A stretch of 64,000 nt of DNA from a virus. Its lineage: Duplodnaviria > Caudoviricetes. Location: positions 64,001 to 128,000 of the IMG/VR virus record IMGVR_UViG_3300031555_003442. One strand, given 5' to 3'. Position numbers and translations under genes: made by a program. Below, piece by piece: positions 48,611 through 57,832 of this stretch. The stretch's first letter is position 1, and each line of letters opens with the position of its first letter. The notes below the pieces were generated by a model. That model worked only from the letters and a program-made list of their open reading frames with translations. It ran no database searches and was not told where the DNA came from.

Positions 48611-49037
48611 ATGGCAGAAAAGGAAGAAAAAGAAGAAAAAGGAAGTGTACAGGGAAAGACCCGACTTGGTTGAAGCCCTGAAGGGAACGTATATCCGTCC
48701 GTTCATAAAGATTGATGACTGGATTGGGCAAGAATCCGATGCTTTCGCCGAAATACGGTCGATTTCAGAAGTCGTAGGCCAGACAGCAGTGAAATTGATT
48801 CTTAGAAAGGTATCTTTTGCCAGGACTCAGAACCATACCGTAATCACCTCGGAAGACGAAACTCCATGGTGGGTGTTCAAGAAGAATGCCGATGATGAAC
48901 TGACCGTCGAGATGATACTTGCCCACAGGATTAAGGTGTCCCGTGAAGAATTCGTCGAATTTGCCAGAAAGACACTAAACCAGTCTTTACAGGTGATGGA
49001 AGACATGGGTATCTCCAAAGAGGAAATCCTTCGCTAA
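48611..49037 (+). CDS. hypothetical protein; ATG 48611 is out of frame by 1 nt with the main ORF (GTG 48645)
   Basis: strong AAGGAGG RBS before 48611; A-runs at 48618-48640. Confidence 0.55.
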
Positions 49038-49041
49038 GTCA

Positions 49042-49049
49042 TATAAACT
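49042..49049 (+). promoter_or_regulatory. putative late promoter TATAAACT
   Basis: intergenic, upstream of the GNAT gene. Confidence 0.55.
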
Positions 49050-49076
49050 TAGCAGGAGACGCTAAACCAAGACTGT

Positions 49077-49625
49077 ATGATGTTCACCAAGAAACTTATT
49101 ACCAAGGAACTCGTCGATGATGCACATCGTCTGTTCAAGCTCATATTCCCGAAAGAGAATCTGTACGAGGATGGAAGCGTAGAAAGCTGCTTCACACAGT
49201 GCCTTAAACCGCACAACGGACTGTGGCACTACTGGATTTGGTCTTTGAGCGATGTCGATTGCCCGATGGGGAAGTACATCGGCCTGTCTGGGATATACGA
49301 GGAAGAGGCTGACCCTGAAAGCGCTTGGCTTGGTTGGCTCGGTGTGTTACCAGAATACCGTCGTGAACGGTTCGGTACACGGATGCTCAATGCGTTCCAG
49401 ATGGAAGCGAGGCAAACTGGATACAAGTACGCAAGGATTTACACCAACGAAGGAAACGTGGCCGCAAGGGGCCTGTACGAATCCGCTGGGTATACCATGG
49501 AAAGGCTCGACTACAAGGCGCCAGACTATGTCCTTACGGATGGAGACGTGGTCATATACTCGTTGTCTCTGGATAAAGAAAAATGGCCGCTACGCCCTTG
49601 GGCTAGCAGACCATTGATGTTTTAA
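49077..49625 (+). CDS. GNAT-family N-acetyltransferase
   Basis: WLGVLPEYRRERFGT, N.AA.GLYESAGY. Confidence 0.85.
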   Translation: MMFTKKLITKELVDDAHRLFKLIFPKENLYEDGSVESCFTQCLKPHNGLWHYWIWSLSDVDCPMGKYIGLSGIYEEEADPESAWLGWLGVLPEYRRERFGTRMLNAFQMEARQTGYKYARIYTNEGNVAARGLYESAGYTMERLDYKAPDYVLTDGDVVIYSLSLDKEKWPLRPWASRPLMF

Positions 49626-49637
49626 TCTGTGATAAAG

Positions 49638-50306
49638 CTAATCGTTAATTTGATTCGCAAAATACGTTAATGTATCTAAAACAAACTTGTTCAGGACTGA
49701 GCCTGCCGGGTGATTTACCATTAGTGCAAAACATTTATCATAGTCATGTAACTTAAATCTACTTATATCGTTGCTTCCTCTGTTGTCAAGATAAGTTAGT
49801 GTGGAACATGCTGGCGCTAGTGACAATATCCATGGAACTGCCATAGAATCGGCAATCACCAAAACTTTTGGACCTTGTGGATAGTCTAGTCGGGTGATAG
49901 TAGATATGCAATGGCTGTTTGCGTATATGTGATACTCTGTCGGTGGATTTACGAGATTGTATAAAATGGTTGCGTCTCCTGTTGTAGTATGTCCATTGTA
50001 CTCGCTCATTTTATATTGTCCGATTTTTGGTACGAAATACTCTATATTTTTACCATCGGCATTTATGTTTATATTTTTTGTGTTTTCATTTAACCTCAAA
50101 TCGATATGTTCATCCACACAAGCGAACTGTAAAAAACGTATTGCTTCGGTAGGCAACCAATGATGTTTTCCATTCCTTCTACTCCAGTAAAAGAAATGAC
50201 TCCAAATGCTAGTCCAATTGATTACATTTACGTTCGGATGTGCATATTTGACATAGCATTTGTGGTCTATAGATGGGGCGATGAAAAAATTGATTTTACT
50301 AATCAT
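49638..50306 (-). CDS. DHHW/SGNH-like protein (putative polysaccharide O-acetyltransferase component)
   Basis: KHHW and VLVIADSM motifs; last gene of the sugar island. Confidence 0.5.
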   Translation of the reverse strand: MISKINFFIAPSIDHKCYVKYAHPNVNVINWTSIWSHFFYWSRRNGKHHWLPTEAIRFLQFACVDEHIDLRLNENTKNININADGKNIEYFVPKIGQYKMSEYNGHTTTGDATILYNLVNPPTEYHIYANSHCISTITRLDYPQGPKVLVIADSMAVPWILSLAPACSTLTYLDNRGSNDISRFKLHDYDKCFALMVNHPAGSVLNKFVLDTLTYFANQIND

Positions 50307-50322
50307 TGGTCATGTCCTTGGC

Positions 50323-51456
50323 TTACATGATGTAGGTGTTCACAAACTCTCTGACGCAACCCTGCCCACCATTGGTTTTCATAATATGAATGTTTGGAAT
50401 GACTTTTACCGTTGAGTCTGCATCAGATGGGCAAGCGGCTATTCCAACTTCAGTCAAACAATCTATATCGCCTACATCGTCTCCTATATAAGCAACGTAT
50501 TCGAGATTGATACCAAGCTCAGAGCATAACCCCTTCAATACGGTTATTTTATCGGTTACTCCTTGGAATAAGTAATCAACGTGCATTTTCTTGGCTCGAT
50601 GAGAGACGATGTTTGTGTTTTCCCCAGTGATGATTGCTGTTTTAACATTGTTCTCATGCAACATCCTGAATGCTACACCATCCTTCGTATTGAACTTTTT
50701 CATCTCGTTACCGTCTTCGGTATAATACATACCGCCGTCAGTAAGGACTCCATCTACATCACTAACAAACAGTTTTATGTCTGATTTAGATTTACGCTTA
50801 GAACGCATAATGCTTTCGAGTATAGTCCAATCCGTTGGCTCGTCAATTTCCGTTCCCGTGTATTCTGGCATCTCGTATATACCAATCTTTCCGCTCAGTC
50901 GGTTTTTATCCCTCTTGATGTTCTGTACTGAATTGATATAGAATGCCCCGTTTTCCATATACATGCCATCGAAGTTTTGCCTCCGTGGTCTATTTCTATA
51001 ATCGTAGTTTTTGCTAGTGCCATCGGCATTCCAAAAGAACCTGAAATTTTTCACACACGTAAGAATGCTGTCGTACACTCCAGTGTGATACATTTGAAGT
51101 GCTTCTTCAAAATGTTTTGTTTCGGTCAATGGTGATGTCGCTTGTACTAATACGAAGGTTTCATCGGTTAGATTGGCCGCATTGATGTATTCAAGCATTA
51201 CACTTTCAGTGCTTGCGGTATCGTTAGCGTTCTCTTCAGACCTTCGGTAAACATAGACTTTTGTGTAGTGTCGTGATAACACCGTTTTCTCAATAATGTC
51301 GGAATCAGTTGCTACGATAATCTCGTCAACCGAACCGCAGGCTTCCAGTGCCTCGATATTCCAACAAACAAGAGGCTTTCCACAAAAGTCCTTGATGTTT
51401 TTCAACGGGATGGATTTGCTACCACCTCTAACAGGTATAAATGCAATCGTTTTCAT
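50323..51456 (-). CDS. neuA: acylneuraminate/ulosonate cytidylyltransferase fused to a KdsC-like HAD phosphatase
   Basis: IPVRGGSKSIPLKN, QATSPL, ENGAFY, EID; then DVDGVLTDG, FNTKDG, YIGDD..D. Confidence 0.92.
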   Translation of the reverse strand: MKTIAFIPVRGGSKSIPLKNIKDFCGKPLVCWNIEALEACGSVDEIIVATDSDIIEKTVLSRHYTKVYVYRRSEENANDTASTESVMLEYINAANLTDETFVLVQATSPLTETKHFEEALQMYHTGVYDSILTCVKNFRFFWNADGTSKNYDYRNRPRRQNFDGMYMENGAFYINSVQNIKRDKNRLSGKIGIYEMPEYTGTEIDEPTDWTILESIMRSKRKSKSDIKLFVSDVDGVLTDGGMYYTEDGNEMKKFNTKDGVAFRMLHENNVKTAIITGENTNIVSHRAKKMHVDYLFQGVTDKITVLKGLCSELGINLEYVAYIGDDVGDIDCLTEVGIAACPSDADSTVKVIPNIHIMKTNGGQGCVREFVNTYIM

Positions 51457-51457
51457 A

Positions 51458-52330
51458 TTACCACTTTACTTGGTTCTTCTTCAATTTGTTCCGCTGAACT
51501 TTTTCGATATCCAAGATATCCTCTTTCTTGTAGCTCAATGACTCATAAACAGCATGGACATCTCGGACAAGTTTCCTCATTCCGTCAGGTTCCAAACTTG
51601 CGGCGTGGTCAGTGCCCTTCCAGGTTCTGTCTAGGGTAAAGTGACGTTCTATCCATTGAGCACCAAGGGCGACTGCTGCACTGTCGACGGCAATTCCAAG
51701 ATGATGCCCAGAGAATCCGATTGATTTTACCCTTCCTGAATACAGCTCGATTAGTTTCGGCAATTCCAGAAGGCAGATATCCTTAAACGGTACTGGATAT
51801 CCGCTTGTGCAATTGTAAATCACCAAGTCCTTGTTTCTCTTATTGTCTTCGAAGAAACGGATAATCTGTTCTTCTTCATCTCGTGTTGTCATACCGAATG
51901 ACAAATGGATTTCTCCACCGAAATTATCACAGAGATATTGAAGCATCGGCTTGTTTAGGTTACATGCAGATGGTATTTTGATGAGACCTGGGTTCAGTGA
52001 GGCAATTTCCTTCGCTGATGTCATGTCCCAAACAGATGTGGAATACTCAATCTTGTATTCGTCACACCAGTCCTTCAACTGCTTGTGTTGGTCGAGAGAA
52101 AGTTCCAGAAATTCCCTGTGCTCTCCATAAGTGGCACCATACGAGTTTTCTGGGTGTGGATGCGGTGCGTTGTACTCTTCTGCGGTAAGCAGTTCCTTGG
52201 GGCAACGCTTTTGAAATTTAACCACATCGGCTTTGCAATATGTAGCCGCAGTTTCTATCAACTGCTTGGCTATGCTCATCTCACCCTTGTGGTTGCATCC
52301 GATTTCAGCTATGACTTTTGGGTAGTTCAT
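51458..52330 (-). CDS. neuB: N-acetylneuraminate/KDN-type ulosonic acid synthase (no C-terminal SAF domain)
   Basis: IAEIGCNHKG, VKFQKR, KIPSA, CTSGYP, GFSGH, IERHFTLDR..KGTDH..SLEP. Confidence 0.92.
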   Translation of the reverse strand: MNYPKVIAEIGCNHKGEMSIAKQLIETAATYCKADVVKFQKRCPKELLTAEEYNAPHPHPENSYGATYGEHREFLELSLDQHKQLKDWCDEYKIEYSTSVWDMTSAKEIASLNPGLIKIPSACNLNKPMLQYLCDNFGGEIHLSFGMTTRDEEEQIIRFFEDNKRNKDLVIYNCTSGYPVPFKDICLLELPKLIELYSGRVKSIGFSGHHLGIAVDSAAVALGAQWIERHFTLDRTWKGTDHAASLEPDGMRKLVRDVHAVYESLSYKKEDILDIEKVQRNKLKKNQVKW

Positions 52331-54324
52331 TTTTCACCTCCATTAGCAACAATGAATACTGTTATAAGTCGTTCAAATATATATCCGAAGAATAGATACT
52401 GATGGTCTTGTTTTTGGTCTGGATGGCACCAGTCCGTCCGTTTCTTCAACATGCGGTCGGAGAACTTGACATAATCCTCGTATGTACTTAGGTTGTTCCG
52501 AGTAATGATATCGTTCATTACGCTCCAGGCAAATTCCATACACTTAACAAAGAATTCCCATTTGTATATGCCATGTCCACCCATATAGAAGGTTGTCCCC
52601 TCAAATGGAGTGAGATATTTTGACGTCTCGCCGTATAGCTTTTTGATTGAGGTAATCATTTCTTTATACAATGGTTCACCATGAGAGAAAATGAAGCCTC
52701 CCTTCAGTGTTCTTCTTTCGCATACCTTCCTTTGAGGTATGAACATACGGTTCATCTTTTGCGGTAGGTCTAGTTGCTCTCTCCAATTAGCAAATCCAAC
52801 ATATGGGGAATATTTGTTGTTTTTCCATACATAATACATCTGAACAAATTCGCCGAAGAAATCATGCAGATTGTTCAGGCTATCTCCATCTATCGTTGAT
52901 GTTGTGTCGTATAATACATCAAATGGTTTTGAACGCAGCTTAGCTTTCAGTTCTGGCTTGTGGTACGCTACGTATAGTTTGGTCAAGTAGGCGTAATTTA
53001 TGTTTTTGTTGTTTGATACTGGCCTCTTTTGGCTTTGGGTTTCTAATGTATTCAAATCTGAATAGTAAACTCGTTTTTTAGCGATAACGTCTAGCCAATA
53101 GCCAAACGTGGTCTCGAATATGTATCCGATAACACGCTTATTTTTTTCCTTATTGAACCGAGATTCTTTCATCCATTTTTGAATAAGCGGAAAGATATAT
53201 GATGCGTACTCATTCAGCAAGGCGGAAGATGCGATGAACATATTGCAGTTTGCCGTATCTGCTATGGTAGTCCCGTATTTCTTCGTATTTAGTTTGGCAT
53301 ACCGCCAAAACTTATCACACTCTGCTTTAACCGTCTTGAATTTCGCTCTGTACAGGAAGTCATACCTTTTTATATTTTTCCTATATGATGCACAAATGCA
53401 ATCATACTTGCTAAGCAGTTCCTTGATTTCTTTCGAACGTAGGTATTGGCGTTTCTTGTTGATGAAATACCTACGATAGTGCTCCAATCCGACAATCTTC
53501 GCTTTACTATGTTTCCATAGGTAGTACAATCCTGTGCATTCGCAATACCATTGATTCATATCGTCAATGTTATCTAGCTTATGTTTCTTGTCACCAAAGA
53601 ACTTTGTTCTCGTTATGTCATTTGACGCTTCATTGAACGCATTGTCAGAACGACCTACGGTATAAATTTCTATCTCTTTCGGTGTGAAATATAAGTCTTG
53701 CTCTTCAGCATCAAAGTATCTGATGTTGTAGAAGTTGATTTCGAGTTTCAATTCATGCAACGTACCTTGCTTGATGCTAGGCATTAGACGTTTTCTATTG
53801 ATGTTGTCGACGGCTTTCTGTAGTTCAGCTTGAACGAACTCTTTGTATTCCTCCCTTGTCATATCATCCAACGCAACGGTTACGATGAGTTTGCGGTAAG
53901 ATGAGTTTGAATTGTTTGTTAGTTCGGATAGATGAGACTCTTCAATTTGCGTTAAACTTAGTGATTCTCGGTTGACAAAGTACCAATGCACCCTCTTTAC
54001 ATCCGTTTCAATGGGTGCTTCTTTCCATACGTCGTTTGAACTAAGCAATGTTGCATTGGCCGATTTGTGTTTTTGCTCTGACTTTCCTGATACTGCCACG
54101 GGACGAGTTGGTGTTGGGTGAGATGCGCTTCTCATCATCTCCTGCAAGGAATCTAGTGGTTTTCCGCTGTTAAATACGAAGTTGGGCATCTCCCTGCGTC
54201 TGGCTGTGGCTTCTGCGGTATCTCTTTCTACCTTAGATGGAAGCTTCGGATTTGTCACTGCGGGTACATTAACCCGAGGTGCATTACGCATCCTGTTCAG
54301 AATGTCTTCAAAAGACGTTCCCAT
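52327..54324 (-). CDS. multi-domain glycosyltransferase with two DUF4422-like domains
   Basis: NQWYCECTGLYYLWK, VGLEHYRR, CNMFI, RVIGYIFE; second copy FFGEFVQMYYVWKN...GYIFERL. Confidence 0.78.
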   Translation of the reverse strand: MGTSFEDILNRMRNAPRVNVPAVTNPKLPSKVERDTAEATARRREMPNFVFNSGKPLDSLQEMMRSASHPTPTRPVAVSGKSEQKHKSANATLLSSNDVWKEAPIETDVKRVHWYFVNRESLSLTQIEESHLSELTNNSNSSYRKLIVTVALDDMTREEYKEFVQAELQKAVDNINRKRLMPSIKQGTLHELKLEINFYNIRYFDAEEQDLYFTPKEIEIYTVGRSDNAFNEASNDITRTKFFGDKKHKLDNIDDMNQWYCECTGLYYLWKHSKAKIVGLEHYRRYFINKKRQYLRSKEIKELLSKYDCICASYRKNIKRYDFLYRAKFKTVKAECDKFWRYAKLNTKKYGTTIADTANCNMFIASSALLNEYASYIFPLIQKWMKESRFNKEKNKRVIGYIFETTFGYWLDVIAKKRVYYSDLNTLETQSQKRPVSNNKNINYAYLTKLYVAYHKPELKAKLRSKPFDVLYDTTSTIDGDSLNNLHDFFGEFVQMYYVWKNNKYSPYVGFANWREQLDLPQKMNRMFIPQRKVCERRTLKGGFIFSHGEPLYKEMITSIKKLYGETSKYLTPFEGTTFYMGGHGIYKWEFFVKCMEFAWSVMNDIITRNNLSTYEDYVKFSDRMLKKRTDWCHPDQKQDHQYLFFGYIFERLITVFIVANGGEK

Positions 54325-54356
54325 CTTTACGCTCTCCTTAGATATTTCTATCTTGT

Positions 54357-54368
54357 AGTTTATAAACT
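54357..54368. promoter_or_regulatory. palindromic bidirectional late-type promoter AGTTTATAAACT
   Basis: TATAAACT on both strands between divergent genes. Confidence 0.65.
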
Positions 54369-54396
54369 GATATCGTAACAAGGATTTTTACCACCT

Positions 54397-54756
54397 ATGA
54401 TAGAGACGCTTTGCTGGCTTTCCGGCATCCTCGGGGCATTCTTCTTCGCAATCAACCTTGCACCTCAGATAGTCAAGTGCTACCGTACCAAGTCCTGCGG
54501 GGGAATCAGCCGCATGTTCCTGGTATTCGCCTTCTGCGGCAACATATTCAGTGCGATATTCGTGCTGTACACGAACCTGAAGACGGGCCTGTGGCAGTAT
54601 CCAATCTATTTCAATTACGGAGTGGCCACCACCCTTACTGCCGTGCTCACTGTGATGAAGGTCCGCTACAGCCTCCGTTCCGCCCATGTAAGGAACTCGA
54701 TACCCATAATGGGTTATAACGGCTCGTTGGAATACATTTACGACGAGGCGGCTTGA
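54397..54756 (+). CDS. PQ-loop / SemiSWEET-like transporter
   Basis: APQIVKCYRTKS..GIS PQ motif, three TM helices. Confidence 0.8.
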   Translation: MIETLCWLSGILGAFFFAINLAPQIVKCYRTKSCGGISRMFLVFAFCGNIFSAIFVLYTNLKTGLWQYPIYFNYGVATTLTAVLTVMKVRYSLRSAHVRNSIPIMGYNGSLEYIYDEAA

Positions 54757-54781
54757 CAAAACCAGTAGAATCGTGTATATT
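54753..54781 (+). promoter_or_regulatory. promoter TTGACA-N17-TATATT
   Basis: exact consensus; ATG 8 nt downstream (likely leaderless). Confidence 0.75.
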
Positions 54782-54789
54782 TAACTGGC

Positions 54790-55071
54790 ATGAAGAAGCT
54801 GAAGAAATACCTTTCCCTGATGGATGTCCCGTACACCGAGAAGGACAGCGGCGGCAAGCCGATGGTCCAGTTCGAGTACATGGGCGTCGTTTACGCCATC
54901 CTGCGGTCCGCATCCGGCAAGGACATGTACTGTGTCCTCATGGGTTACAACACAAGGGTTCCGAGCGGGCTCGTTATGGGGTTCGACAACTTGAAGGAAT
55001 GGGTCCACCGCCTGATGTATCCAGAAGATTTTGAATCGGAATTGGACGACCCCCTTGACATGTGGCTGTGA
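54790..55071 (+). CDS. hypothetical protein
   Basis: follows the promoter. Confidence 0.65.
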   Translation: MKKLKKYLSLMDVPYTEKDSGGKPMVQFEYMGVVYAILRSASGKDMYCVLMGYNTRVPSGLVMGFDNLKEWVHRLMYPEDFESELDDPLDMWL

Positions 55072-55083
55072 ATTGCGTATATT
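55055..55083 (+). promoter_or_regulatory. promoter TTGACA-N17-TATATT
   Basis: exact consensus. Confidence 0.75.
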
Positions 55084-55113
55084 TAGGCTATGTCCACCAA
55101 ATGGAGATGAATC

Positions 55114-55383
55114 ATGGCCGAACAGATAAAAGCCCGTTGCGACAGCAACCAATTCAACCGTTGGGGCGCCACTGACGACCCCAAGGACCTTACGGTCGGA
55201 AAGGAATACGATGTCGACTTCGTTGTAATCCACGACAGTTACACCCAGGTCTACCTCGTAGGTGACTGCCATGCCTACAACTCGGGCAACTTCTCCTTCT
55301 TCGACAAGTACGGGGATGAAATCGACATTGTCGATTACTTCAACCACCAGCTCGGCATACACAAGTGTTGGCCGAAGAAGTAG
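55114..55383 (+). CDS. hypothetical protein
   Basis: GGAG RBS; LTVGKEY motif. Confidence 0.65.
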   Translation: MAEQIKARCDSNQFNRWGATDDPKDLTVGKEYDVDFVVIHDSYTQVYLVGDCHAYNSGNFSFFDKYGDEIDIVDYFNHQLGIHKCWPKK

Positions 55384-55386
55384 AGC

Positions 55387-55593
55387 ATGAGCGTAAAATG
55401 CAAGAAATTCCAGTGCTGGACGTGGAGTCCGTTCATGCTTGTCGGGATTTCCCCGAAGATTGAGTACTATTGCGGTGAATGCGGCAAGTACAACACGGGC
55501 CGTTTCGACTCCAATAGCTATGACAGGGAGGGCGGCCACCTGCGGTGCTCCCATTGCGGGACAGAAAATATAATTCCCGTGTCGGTTGTCTGA
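55387..55593 (+). CDS. small zinc-ribbon protein
   Basis: CGEC and CSHC. Confidence 0.6.
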   Translation: MSVKCKKFQCWTWSPFMLVGISPKIEYYCGECGKYNTGRFDSNSYDREGGHLRCSHCGTENIIPVSVV

Positions 55594-55604
55594 CGAGGTG
55601 CCCG

Positions 55605-55841
55605 ATGCCAATACACAAGTACGGAGTAGACCTACCTGAACGCTTCAAGGAGTATAAGCCATACTACCGTTACATGAAGCGTTGCAAGGGGTTCCGTGAA
55701 GCTCTAATGCATGGCGGAGCCGTAGTGCATGACTATGACTTGAATACGACCATGCATCTTAGGCTGCGAAAGGACGGCAAGACCATCTACGACGATGCCG
55801 CATGGTATTTCTTCGAACACACGCACGATGTGCTAACATAA
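55605..55841 (+). CDS. hypothetical protein
   Basis: GAGGTG RBS. Confidence 0.55.
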   Translation: MPIHKYGVDLPERFKEYKPYYRYMKRCKGFREALMHGGAVVHDYDLNTTMHLRLRKDGKTIYDDAAWYFFEHTHDVLT

Positions 55842-55859
55842 CAGGTAATTCAAAGGAGA

Positions 55860-56381
55860 TTGACTATGTTCTATATCGAACGAAGCGTGCAGGGCCCTCC
55901 CCTGTGCAGCGACATCCACGACTGCTACGGCATGATGGAAGACGGCGAACTCGGCTGGATTCGTGACGGCCTCCGTGCCATCGGTTTCGAGACCAAGATT
56001 GAAGCCGAAGATTTCGCAATGAGCCACGGTTTCAACCCCTGGGTTCCAGCCAGTGAGTACGACCCACGCTACCTCATCGTCGAGGAACTCCGTGTTCCCG
56101 AGATTGGCGACATCGTAAAGAAGCACAACGCAAGGCTCTCGGTTGGCATATTCGGTGGAGGCCCCATCATCTCGTGGGAAAACGAGAAGTACTGCATCAA
56201 GGTCGTGACCAACACAGACGTGGACAGCTCCCCGTCGAGGGACCGACCCGAGTACGTCTATGTCGTAGGCGCCCGTCTCATGGACACCGAAACCAATACG
56301 GTAGTCGACGAGGTTTTCAACCCGACCTACGAACAGATGGAAGATTTCGTCAACAAGGGCGTCACGGAACACGGGGTGTAA
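55860..56381 (+). CDS. hypothetical protein
   Basis: AGGAG RBS. Confidence 0.7.
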   Translation: MTMFYIERSVQGPPLCSDIHDCYGMMEDGELGWIRDGLRAIGFETKIEAEDFAMSHGFNPWVPASEYDPRYLIVEELRVPEIGDIVKKHNARLSVGIFGGGPIISWENEKYCIKVVTNTDVDSSPSRDRPEYVYVVGARLMDTETNTVVDEVFNPTYEQMEDFVNKGVTEHGV

Positions 56382-56383
56382 CC

Positions 56384-56647
56384 ATGGTCAAGAAACCCAT
56401 CGAAGAACTGGTCGATGTCATAAAAGGCCATATCGACGAGAGCAAGCTCAGTATTGGCAGCGACCGTCTCCACATAACGGTTACCGACGAGGTGGACATC
56501 ATCATCGAGCTGTTCGGCCCGATGTACGACGTGTGGATTCAGAACCATGTCGAAGGCGAGGGCTGCACCGTGGCCAGGAACGAGGACCGCTTCCAGGTGG
56601 CATCCTTCATCCTGTCGGTATTTACATTGAACGGGGTAAAGAAATGA
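56384..56647 (+). CDS. hypothetical protein
   Basis: ORF in run. Confidence 0.6.
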   Translation: MVKKPIEELVDVIKGHIDESKLSIGSDRLHITVTDEVDIIIELFGPMYDVWIQNHVEGEGCTVARNEDRFQVASFILSVFTLNGVKK

Positions 56648-57003
56648 CCACGAACGCTCCCAACAAGTACAAGCTCAATCCGTTGAAGATGCCTACCGTG
56701 GCGTCCCCCGCACCTCCCCCGATGAAAGGTGTGCCGTTCTTGGACATCTTTGCACTGCAAGAGGAAGTCAAAAGGCTCCGCAAGGAAAACGAGAATATCA
56801 AGAAGGGATTGCCAGTATGGAGGAAGGCATCTGGTCTCGACAATGTCGGCGACAACACGTGGTGCATCCTGTACAGCAGGCTATACGGCATTGGAATCGG
56901 GTATTGGAGCACTCACTACGGATGGATGTTCCACAAGGAAAACCTTATCCAGACGGACAGCGTCACCCACTGGATGCCGTTCCCAGACGCACCGAAGGAT
57001 TGA
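56644..57003 (+). CDS. DUF551-domain protein
   Basis: C-terminal VTHWMPFPDAP. Confidence 0.7.
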   Translation: MTTNAPNKYKLNPLKMPTVASPAPPPMKGVPFLDIFALQEEVKRLRKENENIKKGLPVWRKASGLDNVGDNTWCILYSRLYGIGIGYWSTHYGWMFHKENLIQTDSVTHWMPFPDAPKD

Positions 57004-57005
57004 TT

Positions 57006-57251
57006 ATGCGATTCAGAATTATCAAGGAAACGATTGAAAAGGACGACGGGTCGACCCAAGTCTTTTTCTACCCGCAGAAGAAGGGATGGTTCTTCTGGAA
57101 CTACTTCTACTACTATGACGGAACCTGCCCGTTCGAATACCGTTTCGGGACAGCTGATGAAGCCGAGAGATTCATCGAAAGGGAAGTCAAGAACAACAGT
57201 CCTTCGGCTGTCGTAGTAGTGAAGGAATTTACAGTAAAGCGCAACGGGTAA
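57006..57251 (+). CDS. hypothetical protein
   Basis: FYPQKKGWFFW phage motif. Confidence 0.6.
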   Translation: MRFRIIKETIEKDDGSTQVFFYPQKKGWFFWNYFYYYDGTCPFEYRFGTADEAERFIEREVKNNSPSAVVVVKEFTVKRNG

Positions 57252-57254
57252 ATC

Positions 57255-57770
57255 ATGGAAGAGCTTACCGAAGAACAGAAGAAATTCAAGGAGGAGTCGC
57301 TCGAACTCCTCAGACAGTCCAACGATGCCGACTACAAGAAGTTCCTGAAGAAGGTTAACGAACTTGCCAAGCGCAATCTCCCCCTCGATACGAAAATCGA
57401 GTACGTTACTGGACGTTGCTGCGGTTTTGAAGGCATCGGAATCATCCTCAGCGGCGTCATCAGGTGGAAAAACCAAATCATACTCGCCCGTTTCGACCGT
57501 CCGATGCGTACCAAGCGTGAAGGCGGGGAATGCCACGCATGTGTCGACATTTTCTCGCTTGGCCGTGCTACGCTCGAACTTGAACCTAAGCAGGGCGAGT
57601 ATGTCATCTTCGAGACCACCATCGGCGACAAGGACACGTTCTGCAAGATTGTCAACAGCATGTGGGACTACACAGACCATCGTGGATACCTCGTCGAAGA
57701 CCCGCACAAGATGTTCGGCTTGAAATCAAAGGCGGATGTACCAGATTTCGTTGAAACAGATAGGGAGTGA
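57255..57770 (+). CDS. hypothetical protein
   Basis: 171-aa ORF. Confidence 0.7.
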   Translation: MEELTEEQKKFKEESLELLRQSNDADYKKFLKKVNELAKRNLPLDTKIEYVTGRCCGFEGIGIILSGVIRWKNQIILARFDRPMRTKREGGECHACVDIFSLGRATLELEPKQGEYVIFETTIGDKDTFCKIVNSMWDYTDHRGYLVEDPHKMFGLKSKADVPDFVETDRE

Positions 57771-57790
57771 CGATTATCCGTATAAAAGTT

Positions 57791-57821
57791 GGGCGTTCAT
57801 GCTGTGATGAACGCCCTTTTT
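57791..57821. terminator. intrinsic terminator
   Basis: GGGCGTTCAT-GCTGTG-ATGAACGCCC TTTTT. Confidence 0.8.
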
Positions 57822-57832
57822 CGTAACATTTT

